Made by a program: the position numbers and the translations under genes. Shown here one piece after another: positions 31,982 through 41,069 of a DNA stretch of 64,000 nucleotides; the stretch's first letter is position 1; each line of letters opens with the position of its first letter. Below the pieces are notes generated by a model. It was not told the DNA's origin, made no database searches, and was given only the letters and a program-made list of their open reading frames with translations. The DNA is from Planctomycetota bacterium (GTDB taxonomy: Bacteria > Planctomycetota > UBA1135): positions 16,365 through 80,364 of the forward strand of contig JASFYO010000004.1 of the NCBI GenBank assembly GCA_045047305.1. Direction: 5' to 3'.

Positions 31982-32959
31982 CTAAAAGTCGAGGACTTCT
32001 TCAATGGCGTCGAGAACCCGGCGTGCATCTGGCAGGTAGTAGTTCTCGAGGGTGTTTGGAAATGGAGTATCAAAACCAGCCACGCGCTTGATTGGCGCTT
32101 CGATGGTTTCGATGGCGTGTTCCGCAATCAATGCGGAAAGTTCTGCACCATAACCGCAGAAACGCGGTGCTTCGTGCACGATGACCACGCGACCACAATC
32201 GCGCGCGGCCTGCAACACCGACTCTTCATCGAGCGGCATCAGAGTACGCAGGTCAACCACGCGCACATCCTTGTTACGCGAAGCCTTAATCCGTTTAGCA
32301 GCTTCGGTACAAACCGGAACCATGGCGCCGTAACAGAACACCGCGACATCTCCGCCTGGAGTGACTTCGCGGGTCTTCGACAGCTCGACTTCGTAAACGC
32401 CCTCCGGGACTTCCTGACGGAAGGCACGGTAAAGCGCTTTCGGCTCCATGAACAACACCGGATCTGGATCGTTGATACTTGCAATCAACAAACCTTTGGC
32501 ATCGTAAGGAGTGGAAGGAATCACAACCTTCAAGCCTGGCGTGTGCGCGAAGTAAGCCTCACCCGATTGCGAGTGATACAAACCGCCGCGAATGCCGCCG
32601 CCATAAGGAGTGCGAATGGTCATCGGCACGGTGTATTGACCACCACTGCGATAACGCATCTTGGCTGCTTCGGAAACGATCTGATCAAAGGCTGGGAAGA
32701 TGAAATCCTGAAACTGGATTTCACAAACTGGCTTCAAGCCGTTCATGGCCATGCCAATCCCAACACCAATAATGCCGTCCTCCGACAATGGCGTGTCGAA
32801 ACAACGCTCTTCACCAAACTCTGCAGTTAAGTTTTCCGTCGCAAGAAATACGCCGCCCTTAGGACCAACGTCTTCCCCCATCACAAGAACACTTTCGTCT
32901 TCCTTCATGATGGAACGGAGGCCGTCGTTGACAGCCTGAACCATAGTGATTTCGCTCAC
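31982..32959 (-). CDS. 2-oxoacid dehydrogenase E1 beta subunit
   Basis: MGEDVGPKGGVF, DTPLSE, EIQFQDF, YHSQS. Start set at GTG 32959, overlapping the E1alpha TGA. Confidence 0.94.
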   Translation of the reverse strand: MSEITMVQAVNDGLRSIMKEDESVLVMGEDVGPKGGVFLATENLTAEFGEERCFDTPLSEDGIIGVGIGMAMNGLKPVCEIQFQDFIFPAFDQIVSEAAKMRYRSGGQYTVPMTIRTPYGGGIRGGLYHSQSGEAYFAHTPGLKVVIPSTPYDAKGLLIASINDPDPVLFMEPKALYRAFRQEVPEGVYEVELSKTREVTPGGDVAVFCYGAMVPVCTEAAKRIKASRNKDVRVVDLRTLMPLDEESVLQAARDCGRVVIVHEAPRFCGYGAELSALIAEHAIETIEAPIKRVAGFDTPFPNTLENYYLPDARRVLDAIEEVLDF

Positions 32960-34071
32960 AGTGGGAATTCTCCTTTTTCGTCGACGGCTTCGTCGCGTTC
33001 GGAGAAGTGGCGGATGCACTCTCCCATCTGGTTTTCGAGATGCTTCGGCATGGTTTCAAAAACATCGCTGAAGATGCTTCCGAGTTTCGGCCGAGGCTTA
33101 GCTTGTGCTTGTTTTGCCGCAGCCATCATGACGTCGGCGGTTTCCTGTTCGATTTCAGCCGCACGCTCATCCGTGAGGTGACCTTCGGTAATCAAGTATT
33201 TACGGAAACGGGTCAGTGGATCCTTCTTTTCCCACTCATCGAACAAAGCCTGATCGACGTAACGCGATGGATCGTCCGAAGTGGAGTGACCACCCATGCG
33301 GAAAGTCACCGCTTCAATCAGAGTGGGACCTTCACCAGCACGCGCACGTTTGACTGCATCCGAGACAGCTTTGTAAACCGCGAGCACATCGTTGCCATCG
33401 ACCTTCATACCAGGGATTCCGTAAGCCTCTCCTTTAATGGCATAACTTTCGGACTTGGTCTGCTTCTCGCTCGGGCAACTAATCGCCCATTGATTGTTTT
33501 GGCACAGGAACACCATGGGGGATCCCATGACGCCGGCGAAGTTCATGCCGGAATGAAAGCCCGAAGAACTAGTCGAGCCATCGCCAAAAGTCGTGAGCAC
33601 AATGCCCTTCTCCTTTTTGCGCTTCATGGCTTCGGCAATGCCCACCGCGTTGGCGATTTGCGTGCCGAGCGGCGACGAAATCGACAACCATTTAATCGGC
33701 TCAGTAAAGCTGAAGTGCACCGGCATCTGCCGCCCTTGCGCACTGTCATCGCAGTTGCCGAACATGTTATCGAACATGCCTTCGATGCTGATGCCGTGGT
33801 AGAACATCATTGCAAAGTCACGGTAGTGCGGCGCGATCCAATCGCAGGCTGCATCAAGAGCAGCGGCCCCGCCAACAGAAGTAGCTTCAATCCCGCGGTT
33901 GGGAATCGAGAAGCCGATTTTGCCTGTGCGCTGCAACTTCATGCAGCGGTCATCAAAGGCACGCGTACTGACGATGGCACGGTACATGCGCAGCAAAGTC
34001 TCGCGCTTCAAACGCGGGGCTTTGCCAACCTTGTTGCCGGCTTCGTCTAAGATTTGGAGTGTGTCGTCCAT
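32956..34071 (-). CDS. 2-oxoacid dehydrogenase E1 alpha subunit (paralog 1)
   Basis: QGRQMPVHF, FGDGSTS...NNQWAIS, FRMGGHSTSDDP. Start set at ATG 34071 (MDDTLQ) after the lipA stop. Confidence 0.92.
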   Translation of the reverse strand: MDDTLQILDEAGNKVGKAPRLKRETLLRMYRAIVSTRAFDDRCMKLQRTGKIGFSIPNRGIEATSVGGAAALDAACDWIAPHYRDFAMMFYHGISIEGMFDNMFGNCDDSAQGRQMPVHFSFTEPIKWLSISSPLGTQIANAVGIAEAMKRKKEKGIVLTTFGDGSTSSSGFHSGMNFAGVMGSPMVFLCQNNQWAISCPSEKQTKSESYAIKGEAYGIPGMKVDGNDVLAVYKAVSDAVKRARAGEGPTLIEAVTFRMGGHSTSDDPSRYVDQALFDEWEKKDPLTRFRKYLITEGHLTDERAAEIEQETADVMMAAAKQAQAKPRPKLGSIFSDVFETMPKHLENQMGECIRHFSERDEAVDEKGEFPL

Positions 34072-34087
34072 GAAGGTAACGATCGGG

Positions 34088-35011
34088 TCAGACCACCATT
34101 TTTCCCGGCCCCGAGGCCAGGGCTTCTGTCTCCGCGCGGCCCTCGCCGACACGGCTTAAGAGATAGTTCTCCGCAGCTTTATAAGAAGAGCGCACCAATG
34201 GGCCCGAAGCGCAGTAAGCGAAACCGAGTTCTCCGGCCACGACTCTCCACTCCTCGAATTTTTCCGGGGTGACGTAATCTTCCACCGCGAGGTGACGCTT
34301 GGTCGGTTGTAGATATTGCCCGAGGGTGAGGATTTCCACCCCTGCCTCGCGCAAGTCCGCCATGGTCTGGCGGATTTCAGGATCGGTCTCGCCGACTCCC
34401 AGCATGATGGACGACTTGGTCACGATGTCGGGGCGGAAGTTCTTTGCCGCACCGAGTACATCTAAGGTCTGTGCATATTTGGCGCGGACGTCGCGCACTT
34501 TGCGGTGCAAACGTTCAACCGTTTCAATGTTGTGGGCGAAGACATCTAGCCCGGTATCGCACACGGTTTCGATGCATTCCACCCGGCCCTGAAAATCAGG
34601 GGTGAGCGCTTCCACTAACAAGCTTGGCCGACGTGCTTTGATTGCCCGGATGGTGGCGGCGTAATGCTCGGCGCCGAAGTCCTCTAGGTCATCGCGATCG
34701 ACGCTGGTCAGCACCAAATAACGCAAAGATGGGATATCTGCGCTCGAGGCCACCTTTTCTGGCTCATCCAGATCCAGCCAACCACGCGGGTTGCCGGTTT
34801 TGACTGCACAGAAACGACAGCCGCGAGTGCAGGTGTCGCCCATAAGCATGATGGTGGCGGTGCCATCGGCCCAGCATTCGCCCAAGTTAGGGCACCGCGC
34901 CTCCTCACAAACCGTATATAAACCCTTTTCCCGCAGCGATTTACGCAGCGAAGCCGTGGTGGCCCCAGTAGGGAGCTTCATCTTCAGCCAGGAGGGTTTC
35001 TTGAGTGTCAC
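34088..35011 (-). CDS. lipA: Lipoyl synthase
   Basis: CEEARCPNLGECW, CTRGCRFC, RSSY. Confidence 0.96.
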   Translation of the reverse strand: MTLKKPSWLKMKLPTGATTASLRKSLREKGLYTVCEEARCPNLGECWADGTATIMLMGDTCTRGCRFCAVKTGNPRGWLDLDEPEKVASSADIPSLRYLVLTSVDRDDLEDFGAEHYAATIRAIKARRPSLLVEALTPDFQGRVECIETVCDTGLDVFAHNIETVERLHRKVRDVRAKYAQTLDVLGAAKNFRPDIVTKSSIMLGVGETDPEIRQTMADLREAGVEILTLGQYLQPTKRHLAVEDYVTPEKFEEWRVVAGELGFAYCASGPLVRSSYKAAENYLLSRVGEGRAETEALASGPGKMVV

Positions 35012-35077
35012 AGGAGCAAATCTTGGATTTGGAATCGCAGATTATACCCCTCCCTTGGCGGAGTCCTCCGATAATCG

Positions 35078-35097
35078 ATTCGGCAATATTGCCGAAT
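35078..35097. promoter_or_regulatory. Perfect 20-bp palindrome, candidate operator for the lipA-dehydrogenase operon
   Basis: ATTCGGCAATATTGCCGAAT is its own reverse complement; a TATAAT on the - strand lies at 35041-35046. Confidence 0.6.
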
Positions 35098-35104
35098 TTT
35101 AGCT

Positions 35105-35725
35105 CTAGGGCTTGCCCCTCAAATCCAGCTTGAACCCACCATCGACAGTGTCTACATGCACCATAAAGGTCATCGGAACCCAATTTCCTCGATCTACCCT
35201 GGGCTGTTCCCAAACTGGCAACGGCATATCAAGCCACACACTCCAAGCGAGCATTCTGCCCAACTGCACTTCTTCCTGGCCCATGTCATCAAAAAATGGG
35301 TTGTGAACAAAGGACGGGCAGAAAAACCGATACTCTCCAGGCCGCACTATCCAGCGTTCAAGCTGACCGGGCGATGGCGGAAAACCGCGCTCAAGTTGAG
35401 CTTCTGAGAGCCCTTCCCCCCAGATTTCACTGCCACTGCATCCAACTCTAGCGATGGCTCCCTCGCCGCCAATGTCGCTTCCATTTTCATAAGTGATGGT
35501 CCAGGAATCAGCAGTCCGCCATCCACCATGAGTCTCCCACCAAGCAGACTTGTCCGTATCGTTATGTAAGCGAACCAGGATCTCCGGCACGCCGTTGCGT
35601 TCATAAGCGGTCACGTCGGCATCGAAGCCACCAAAGTTACCGCTCTCTTGACCGAGCAAGCGCACTCCCTCTAAAGGCGCTAATAGGTTTGCGAGCAAAG
35701 TCGTCAGCCATAGAAACCATTCCAT
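35105..35725 (-). CDS. Hypothetical exported protein
   Basis: Open frame; likely start ATG 35725 (MEWFLWLTTLLANLLA, hydrophobic) just after the upstream stop; no motif recognised. Confidence 0.5.
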   Translation of the reverse strand: MEWFLWLTTLLANLLAPLEGVRLLGQESGNFGGFDADVTAYERNGVPEILVRLHNDTDKSAWWETHGGWRTADSWTITYENGSDIGGEGAIARVGCSGSEIWGEGLSEAQLERGFPPSPGQLERWIVRPGEYRFFCPSFVHNPFFDDMGQEEVQLGRMLAWSVWLDMPLPVWEQPRVDRGNWVPMTFMVHVDTVDGGFKLDLRGKP

Positions 35726-35732
35726 CTGGCCT

Positions 35733-36143
35733 CTACTCCTCGATGACGTGAGAAGGATGAGAAACCCCAACCTGACTCCCCGCTTGATCACGCCCTATGA
35801 AATCGGCAGCGCCATAACGAATGGATCCGACAAGGATTACGGCGACGATTGCGAGAGCGCCTAGGTTCATAATCAGGTACTGGCGTTCTTTGACCCTACC
35901 TTCCCAAATGCGAACCACGCTATCCACGGTCAGGAGAACCAGAAAAAGGATGGAGCAGATTTCGAACAAATCGTACATCGCGGCATAGGATTCCATCTCG
36001 TTCGTCGGCCGCAGCCAGGGAAACCCGATCGATGCCATGAGGCTAATCACAAACCAGAGAAAGGCGAAAACGATGGCGCCCAATGCCGCCTTACTCATGG
36101 GTACACGGTGTCCGACTGGCCAAATTGTTTTTGAGTCCTTCAT
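35733..36143 (-). CDS. Hypothetical membrane protein (about 3 TM)
   Basis: 136 aa with three hydrophobic stretches; codirectional with neighbours. Confidence 0.55.
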   Translation of the reverse strand: MKDSKTIWPVGHRVPMSKAALGAIVFAFLWFVISLMASIGFPWLRPTNEMESYAAMYDLFEICSILFLVLLTVDSVVRIWEGRVKERQYLIMNLGALAIVAVILVGSIRYGAADFIGRDQAGSQVGVSHPSHVIEE

Positions 36144-36249
36144 AACGAATAGCCAGTGTCCTTGGCCATGAGTACAACGCGGCTTATCGCATCCGGTTCA
36201 CGCCTCAAACTGGTTCGCCTTGCGTGGAAACACCTTGCCTACATGTTCG

Positions 36250-37656
36250 CTACGAAACCACAGCTTTGCGCGAGCCCCGGTGAAGGAGAACGCCGAGCCA
36301 AATCTTTAGCAGTCGGATGAGGAAGTAGGCTGCAAAGATCCCGCTCGCTGCAAAAATCCAAGGCCCTGCGCTTGTTATCCAAGCTGGGCTGGCGAGGCCG
36401 TCGTAACGGTAGATGGCTGTTCCGGCTCCAGAAATCGTCAGCCAACCAACCAGGCCGATGACACCCACATTCAATCCCTTGATGAGATGGCAGTACCTTT
36501 TGCTGGCGAAAACAGTGGTTTCAACACCCCGACGGGCTTGGATTTCCGACAACATCCAGGTGATGCCAGCGAAAAGTGCCATGCAGTCAATCCCGATTTC
36601 GGCGCCCATTGCGTGCCCCATGACGAGGCGGGTGCCATGGACCAGCGAGTTGATCGGCGGAATGGAAAGGATGAGCGAAGTTCCAAGAATGAAACCGGTC
36701 CACCATTTCGCTGCAGTGAGGAAAGCCTGGATTCCACAGGGAGGAGCTGGCTTGCTTGCCTTCACCATGGCGGTAATGTCCATGATGACACGGAAGAACA
36801 AAATGATCTCCGCCATACTCACCACAAAGCTAATCCACTTTACGGTGTGGCTTTGTGGAAGGTGATAGGTGTGATGCGCAAAGTTGGTGAAGGAGTTCAA
36901 CAAGCCAACTCCAAACAGTGCATAGGCCAAACGTGAATGCGCATAGCGTTCGCAGTTGCTCAACTTGCAACCGACGTAATACAAAGTTCCGTAGACGAAT
37001 AAGTTGAAGCTACCGACAAGAGTCCCAGTCGCCTTCCACTGTAGGCGCATGTCAGTAATCGGTTGGGAGAAGATGTCGGGCATAAGCCAGGCATGTTGTT
37101 CCGCAAAGGTGTAGATAAAGAACAGAGTGCCGATGCCCCACATGGTTGCGTGAATCGGGCGCGACATCAGGCCCTTGCCGAGGTGGCTGTAGAAATTCCA
37201 CGCGAACATCAGCCAACCGAGCATAATCGGGATAGAGAAGATGGGGTGGAAACCCATGTACTCTCGGCCTGATCCAACACCAACCAGCATGGTGCAGAAA
37301 ACGCCGACACCGGCAATCGCCCATGAGATCACTTGAATACGCAGGCGTAGCTTTTCTCCACGTGACATCGGGCCGGCAACATCTTCGAAGAAGCGATGCA
37401 CCACGGCCATGCCTGCGAGCAAAATAAAGACCACCGCAAAGGTAGTGTGCAGCGGCCGTAGTGCAGTGAACTGAATCCCTAAACCCTGCAGAATGGGCGC
37501 CACTTGGGGAATGTAGTAGAAAGCGCCAAGCAGGCCAGCAAGCACGGTAATGCAAATCGACACCACAGCGCCGCGCATAAAGGTAAGTGTGGCGTAGCGA
37601 CGGTTAGGGTCGACATCGAGGGAAGTTGGAGGTTTCACGACTAAAACTCCCACCAT
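36250..37656 (-). CDS. NorB-like heme-copper oxidase superfamily subunit with non-canonical active site
   Basis: About 12 TM; RPLHTT, GREY, NFAHHTY, SMAE, HGTRLVMGHAM align with cNOR NorB motifs, but the helix VI His/Glu and the second helix X His are replaced. Confidence 0.8.
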   Translation of the reverse strand: MVGVLVVKPPTSLDVDPNRRYATLTFMRGAVVSICITVLAGLLGAFYYIPQVAPILQGLGIQFTALRPLHTTFAVVFILLAGMAVVHRFFEDVAGPMSRGEKLRLRIQVISWAIAGVGVFCTMLVGVGSGREYMGFHPIFSIPIMLGWLMFAWNFYSHLGKGLMSRPIHATMWGIGTLFFIYTFAEQHAWLMPDIFSQPITDMRLQWKATGTLVGSFNLFVYGTLYYVGCKLSNCERYAHSRLAYALFGVGLLNSFTNFAHHTYHLPQSHTVKWISFVVSMAEIILFFRVIMDITAMVKASKPAPPCGIQAFLTAAKWWTGFILGTSLILSIPPINSLVHGTRLVMGHAMGAEIGIDCMALFAGITWMLSEIQARRGVETTVFASKRYCHLIKGLNVGVIGLVGWLTISGAGTAIYRYDGLASPAWITSAGPWIFAASGIFAAYFLIRLLKIWLGVLLHRGSRKAVVS

Positions 37657-38459
37657 GGAAGGTTGTCCCAGAAGGCATCGTCGGTGTCTTCTTCGGCAAG
37701 CGCCAGAGCCTCTTCACGATGCTCAGCCAAGAAAGTAATAAAGGCTTGTACCTGAGCGCGCTTTTTTGCGGACAATCCTGAAGGCGGCATAAGCGGCGGA
37801 ACCCCCACCTCTAACTTATGCTGAATTTCCTCCGCGCTTAAACGTGAACCTGAAAGCGATAAATCGGGAGCGCCGATTGCCGATTCGCCGAACAAGACGT
37901 GGCATCCGACACAAGTATAGGAGCGGTAAATTTCAAAACCGCTGATGGCGTCTTCATCGCCCGCGTCCTGCAAAATCTTGTGCACGGCCAAAGTACTTGG
38001 GGAATTCAAGGGATTGCCCGTAGCCGATACACCTCCGCTGCCAGGATTGCGTGCCTGGCCAATACCAGTTTCATTCATCGCACTCAAGAATGCCCACAAA
38101 GCCTGCACCTCTTCCGCGGGCAACTCGAACCTCGGCATTTGCCCTGTTCCAAGAGCTAACTGATTGGCAAGCTGCGGTTGTTGCAAACGAGATGCAACAT
38201 TGGTGAGGTCGGGGCCGAGAAATCCGCCAAAGCCATACATTTGGTGGCAAGCCTGACAGTTGTTCGCCAGCCATACGCGTCGCCCAATCAACTCCTCTCC
38301 TTCCAGGACACGAGTTTCTGTTGGGTCGGCATAAACCAGGTAGGTCTGACTGACGAAACACAGCACGAGGATGCCAAGCATCCAGGCCTTTCCGGTGGGG
38401 CTAATCGTTTGCGCCCAAAAGCCTTCCACCAATTTCGAAGTTTCCTCAGAAGCATCCAT
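37641..38459 (-). CDS. NorC-like membrane-anchored diheme cytochrome c
   Basis: N-terminal TM; GRRVWLANNCQACHQMYGFGGFLGPDLT...MPRF (NorC-like); second CVGCH...APDL...MPP. Confidence 0.82.
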   Translation of the reverse strand: MDASEETSKLVEGFWAQTISPTGKAWMLGILVLCFVSQTYLVYADPTETRVLEGEELIGRRVWLANNCQACHQMYGFGGFLGPDLTNVASRLQQPQLANQLALGTGQMPRFELPAEEVQALWAFLSAMNETGIGQARNPGSGGVSATGNPLNSPSTLAVHKILQDAGDEDAISGFEIYRSYTCVGCHVLFGESAIGAPDLSLSGSRLSAEEIQHKLEVGVPPLMPPSGLSAKKRAQVQAFITFLAEHREEALALAEEDTDDAFWDNLPWWEF

Positions 38460-38639
38460 GAGGGAGAGATTCTAGCAACATTTCAGAATTCACCTTCTTC
38501 GGGAGCTTTCTTGGCCCCACTCAAACGGTTACCAGGATTGAGAATGGAACACCCCTCGTAGATGCAAAGAAGTGAATAGGATTACTATTCTTCAAAGATC
38601 TTTCCAACAGAGGGCCCTCAAATATTTTTGGAGCAAAAT

Positions 38640-40046
38640 CTATTCGGATTCCCCACCCACATATCCCAATTCCTGAAGTTCTTGCAACATTTCTTCCGAC
38701 ATGGCGGTTTGCAGAGTAAGCGCCTCAGGGCTAAGTTCTTTGTGAAATTGGGCGAGTGGCCGCAGTTGATTGACCACATCCTGAAATTGATTCAACTCCA
38801 ATGGATTATGTTCGCCCGGATCAAACTCGATATTCCACAGAACTTCTTTTGGACCATTTAAGACAAATTTATAAGGGCCTGAAAAAACCGCCACTGCGTC
38901 CGATTGGCCTTCAGGGCGAGTTTGCCTTGGGTCTGCAATGCGCACTTCTGAGAAATACATTCTCGGAAGCAAAACATCTCCCTCAAGGGCTGGAAGAAGT
39001 GAACGTCCCTGCATTCCTTTAATTAAGGGCATTCCAAGCAGTTCGAGCAGTGTAGGTGTCAGATCCACAATTCCTACTCGGTTATTCTCCACTCCCACAT
39101 AATCGCTATTTGGATTCACCACGATGAAGGGGACGTTCAAAACTTCCTGCCACAAGATGGAACCGTGTCCAACCCGTTGGTGCTCTCCCAATAGTTGGCC
39201 GTGGTCACCCACGATTACGAGGACTGTTTCCTCGAGGATTCCCCTTTCCTCTAATCCATCCAGTAAGTCTTTCACCAATTGATCGACTTCATGCACGCGC
39301 CCCTCATAAAGAGAGCGCAATGCCAAAAAGGCTTCATTAGAACCGTTTCCTGGTTTGTTCAGCCCTGCGAACTCTTCCACGCTCGCCCCGTCAGCCAACG
39401 GGCCATGATAATCACGAAGTTCGTCTTCGGCGTAATCCGTAAGCGGATATGGAGCGTGTGGCTCAAAATAATGCAGCCACATGAATGTGTTTTTCTGAGG
39501 GCTTTCCGCTAATACCTGATCAAGATAGTCAAAGGCCAATTCATTCACTTCGGTCCCAGGTCGAATCCGGTCCGTGCTGAAATCAAACTCCTTGTCACTT
39601 ACCGCTTGAAACCCTTGATCAAGCCCGCCCCTTGAAAGCATTGCTTTATAGCTAACAAAGGCTCCGGTATTCCAGCCATCAGCAGATAGAATTTCAGCCA
39701 AGGTCGTGTGTTCATCCTGCAAGGCATCGCCATTCCAACGCACGCCATGTACGCGCGGGTACAGCCCAGTAAACATGGAACTATGTGAAGGAAAAGTCGT
39801 TGCCATAGGAGCAATCGCATTTCGAAAGACCACCCCCCTGGAAGCGAGCGCATCTAGGTTTGGCATATGCCGCCCAGTGGATCCATAACACTTCAACATA
39901 TCAGTCCTCAGTGTATCGATGGAAAGGACAATAACTTTTTTTCCACAAACAGCTCCAACATTTGAATCCTCGGAATCGGCGCAGGAAACCAACAACAAGA
40001 AAAACCATGCAAGGAGTTTCACGGAAAACGGGTAGGGCGATTTCAT
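38640..40046 (-). CDS. Sulfatase-like lipoprotein (alkaline phosphatase superfamily) with Thr at the nucleophile position
   Basis: Lipobox LLVSC; SIDTLR, TTFPSHSSMFTG, HYFEPH, GDHG, C-terminal LQELGY. Confidence 0.82.
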   Translation of the reverse strand: MKSPYPFSVKLLAWFFLLLVSCADSEDSNVGAVCGKKVIVLSIDTLRTDMLKCYGSTGRHMPNLDALASRGVVFRNAIAPMATTFPSHSSMFTGLYPRVHGVRWNGDALQDEHTTLAEILSADGWNTGAFVSYKAMLSRGGLDQGFQAVSDKEFDFSTDRIRPGTEVNELAFDYLDQVLAESPQKNTFMWLHYFEPHAPYPLTDYAEDELRDYHGPLADGASVEEFAGLNKPGNGSNEAFLALRSLYEGRVHEVDQLVKDLLDGLEERGILEETVLVIVGDHGQLLGEHQRVGHGSILWQEVLNVPFIVVNPNSDYVGVENNRVGIVDLTPTLLELLGMPLIKGMQGRSLLPALEGDVLLPRMYFSEVRIADPRQTRPEGQSDAVAVFSGPYKFVLNGPKEVLWNIEFDPGEHNPLELNQFQDVVNQLRPLAQFHKELSPEALTLQTAMSEEMLQELQELGYVGGESE

Positions 40047-40049
40047 TGC

Positions 40050-41069
40050 CTATATTTTAGCGAGCCGCTTACCTGTAACGGCCGCCATAATCCGAGCATC
40101 GGCCACTAGCGCCGAGAGTTCTCCGGGAAGCAAAGCTTGGTCGGCATCGCTACGAGCGACTTTCGGATTCGGGTGCATTTCGACGGTGAGACCATCTGCA
40201 CCCGCAGCAATCGAGGCCCTGGCAAGAGGGCGAATGTAACGCGCAACACCAACCGCGTGCGCTGGGTCGACCACAATAGGAAGGTGGGTCCATTCCCGCA
40301 GAAGTGGAAGAACGGTAAGGTCTAGCGTATTGCGGGTTGCTGTTTCGTAAGTGCGGATTCCACGTTCACACAACATCACCTGGGAGCAACCGAACGCAAG
40401 TAAGTATTCGGCGCTGTAAAGCCATTCGTCGACTGTGCCAGCGAGTCCACGTTTCAGGAGGACGGGAATCCCACTAGTGCCAACCGCTTTCAACAAACTA
40501 AAGTTTTGCATGTTGCGTGCACCAATTTGTAGGCAATCGATGTCGTGGTCGATAAACGCAGGAAGCTGTGCCGCATCCATGATTTCTGAAACCACGGGAA
40601 GGTCGTTGGCCTCGCCAGCATCTTTCAACCGACGTAGACCCTCCACTCCATATCCTTGAAACGAATAGGGAGAAGTGCGCGGCTTATAAGCTCCACCTCG
40701 CAGGATCTGCGCTCCTGCAGCTTTGACCCCGGCAGCGGCTTCTTCCAAGTGTTCGTCCACGCTGCATGGCCCTGCCATGATGGATATCTCTCCCCCGCCG
40801 ATACGTGCATTGCCGATTTGCACCACTTGAGGTTTCTCGCGAAAAGCGCGCGCTGCAAGTTGCCAGGCGCCGCGTGGAACCACGATTTCTTCCACCGCCG
40901 CGTCCGCCCGCAACTCATCCATTAAGCCACTTGGCGGCTTATCCACCGCTGCAAAGATCGGACGCGCACTCTCTGGCGACAACCGCGTCCGAATGCCTTC
41001 TCTTTCCAAGCGCTCGCGAAGCTCTTGCACCTTCTCCGACGAAGTCCCAATGCGCATGCGGAAAATCAT
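40050..41069 (-). CDS. aroF: Class I-beta DAHP synthase (paralog 2, in the trp operon)
   Basis: AGPCSV, GGAYKPRTSPYSFQG, QIGARNMQNF, CERGIR, DPAH, EMHP, SDADQ. Confidence 0.93.
   Translation of the reverse strand: MIFRMRIGTSSEKVQELRERLEREGIRTRLSPESARPIFAAVDKPPSGLMDELRADAAVEEIVVPRGAWQLAARAFREKPQVVQIGNARIGGGEISIMAGPCSVDEHLEEAAAGVKAAGAQILRGGAYKPRTSPYSFQGYGVEGLRRLKDAGEANDLPVVSEIMDAAQLPAFIDHDIDCLQIGARNMQNFSLLKAVGTSGIPVLLKRGLAGTVDEWLYSAEYLLAFGCSQVMLCERGIRTYETATRNTLDLTVLPLLREWTHLPIVVDPAHAVGVARYIRPLARASIAAGADGLTVEMHPNPKVARSDADQALLPGELSALVADARIMAAVTGKRLAKI

Noticed and set aside
30862..32091. 409-aa + strand ORF and other long antisense ORFs (e.g. 33007..34050, 8649..9533, 29349..30128, 45350..46150)
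   Set aside because: They are shadows of well-supported genes on the opposite strand and carry no motifs of their own.
36250..37656. Calling this gene norB or cbb3 ccoN, or a pseudogene
   Set aside because: Required ligands are missing for either call, while the frame is intact and the other motifs are preserved, so it is left without a symbol.
38460..38640. FNR/DNR box upstream of the NorC-like gene
   Set aside because: No TTGAT-N4-ATCAA match was found by eye.
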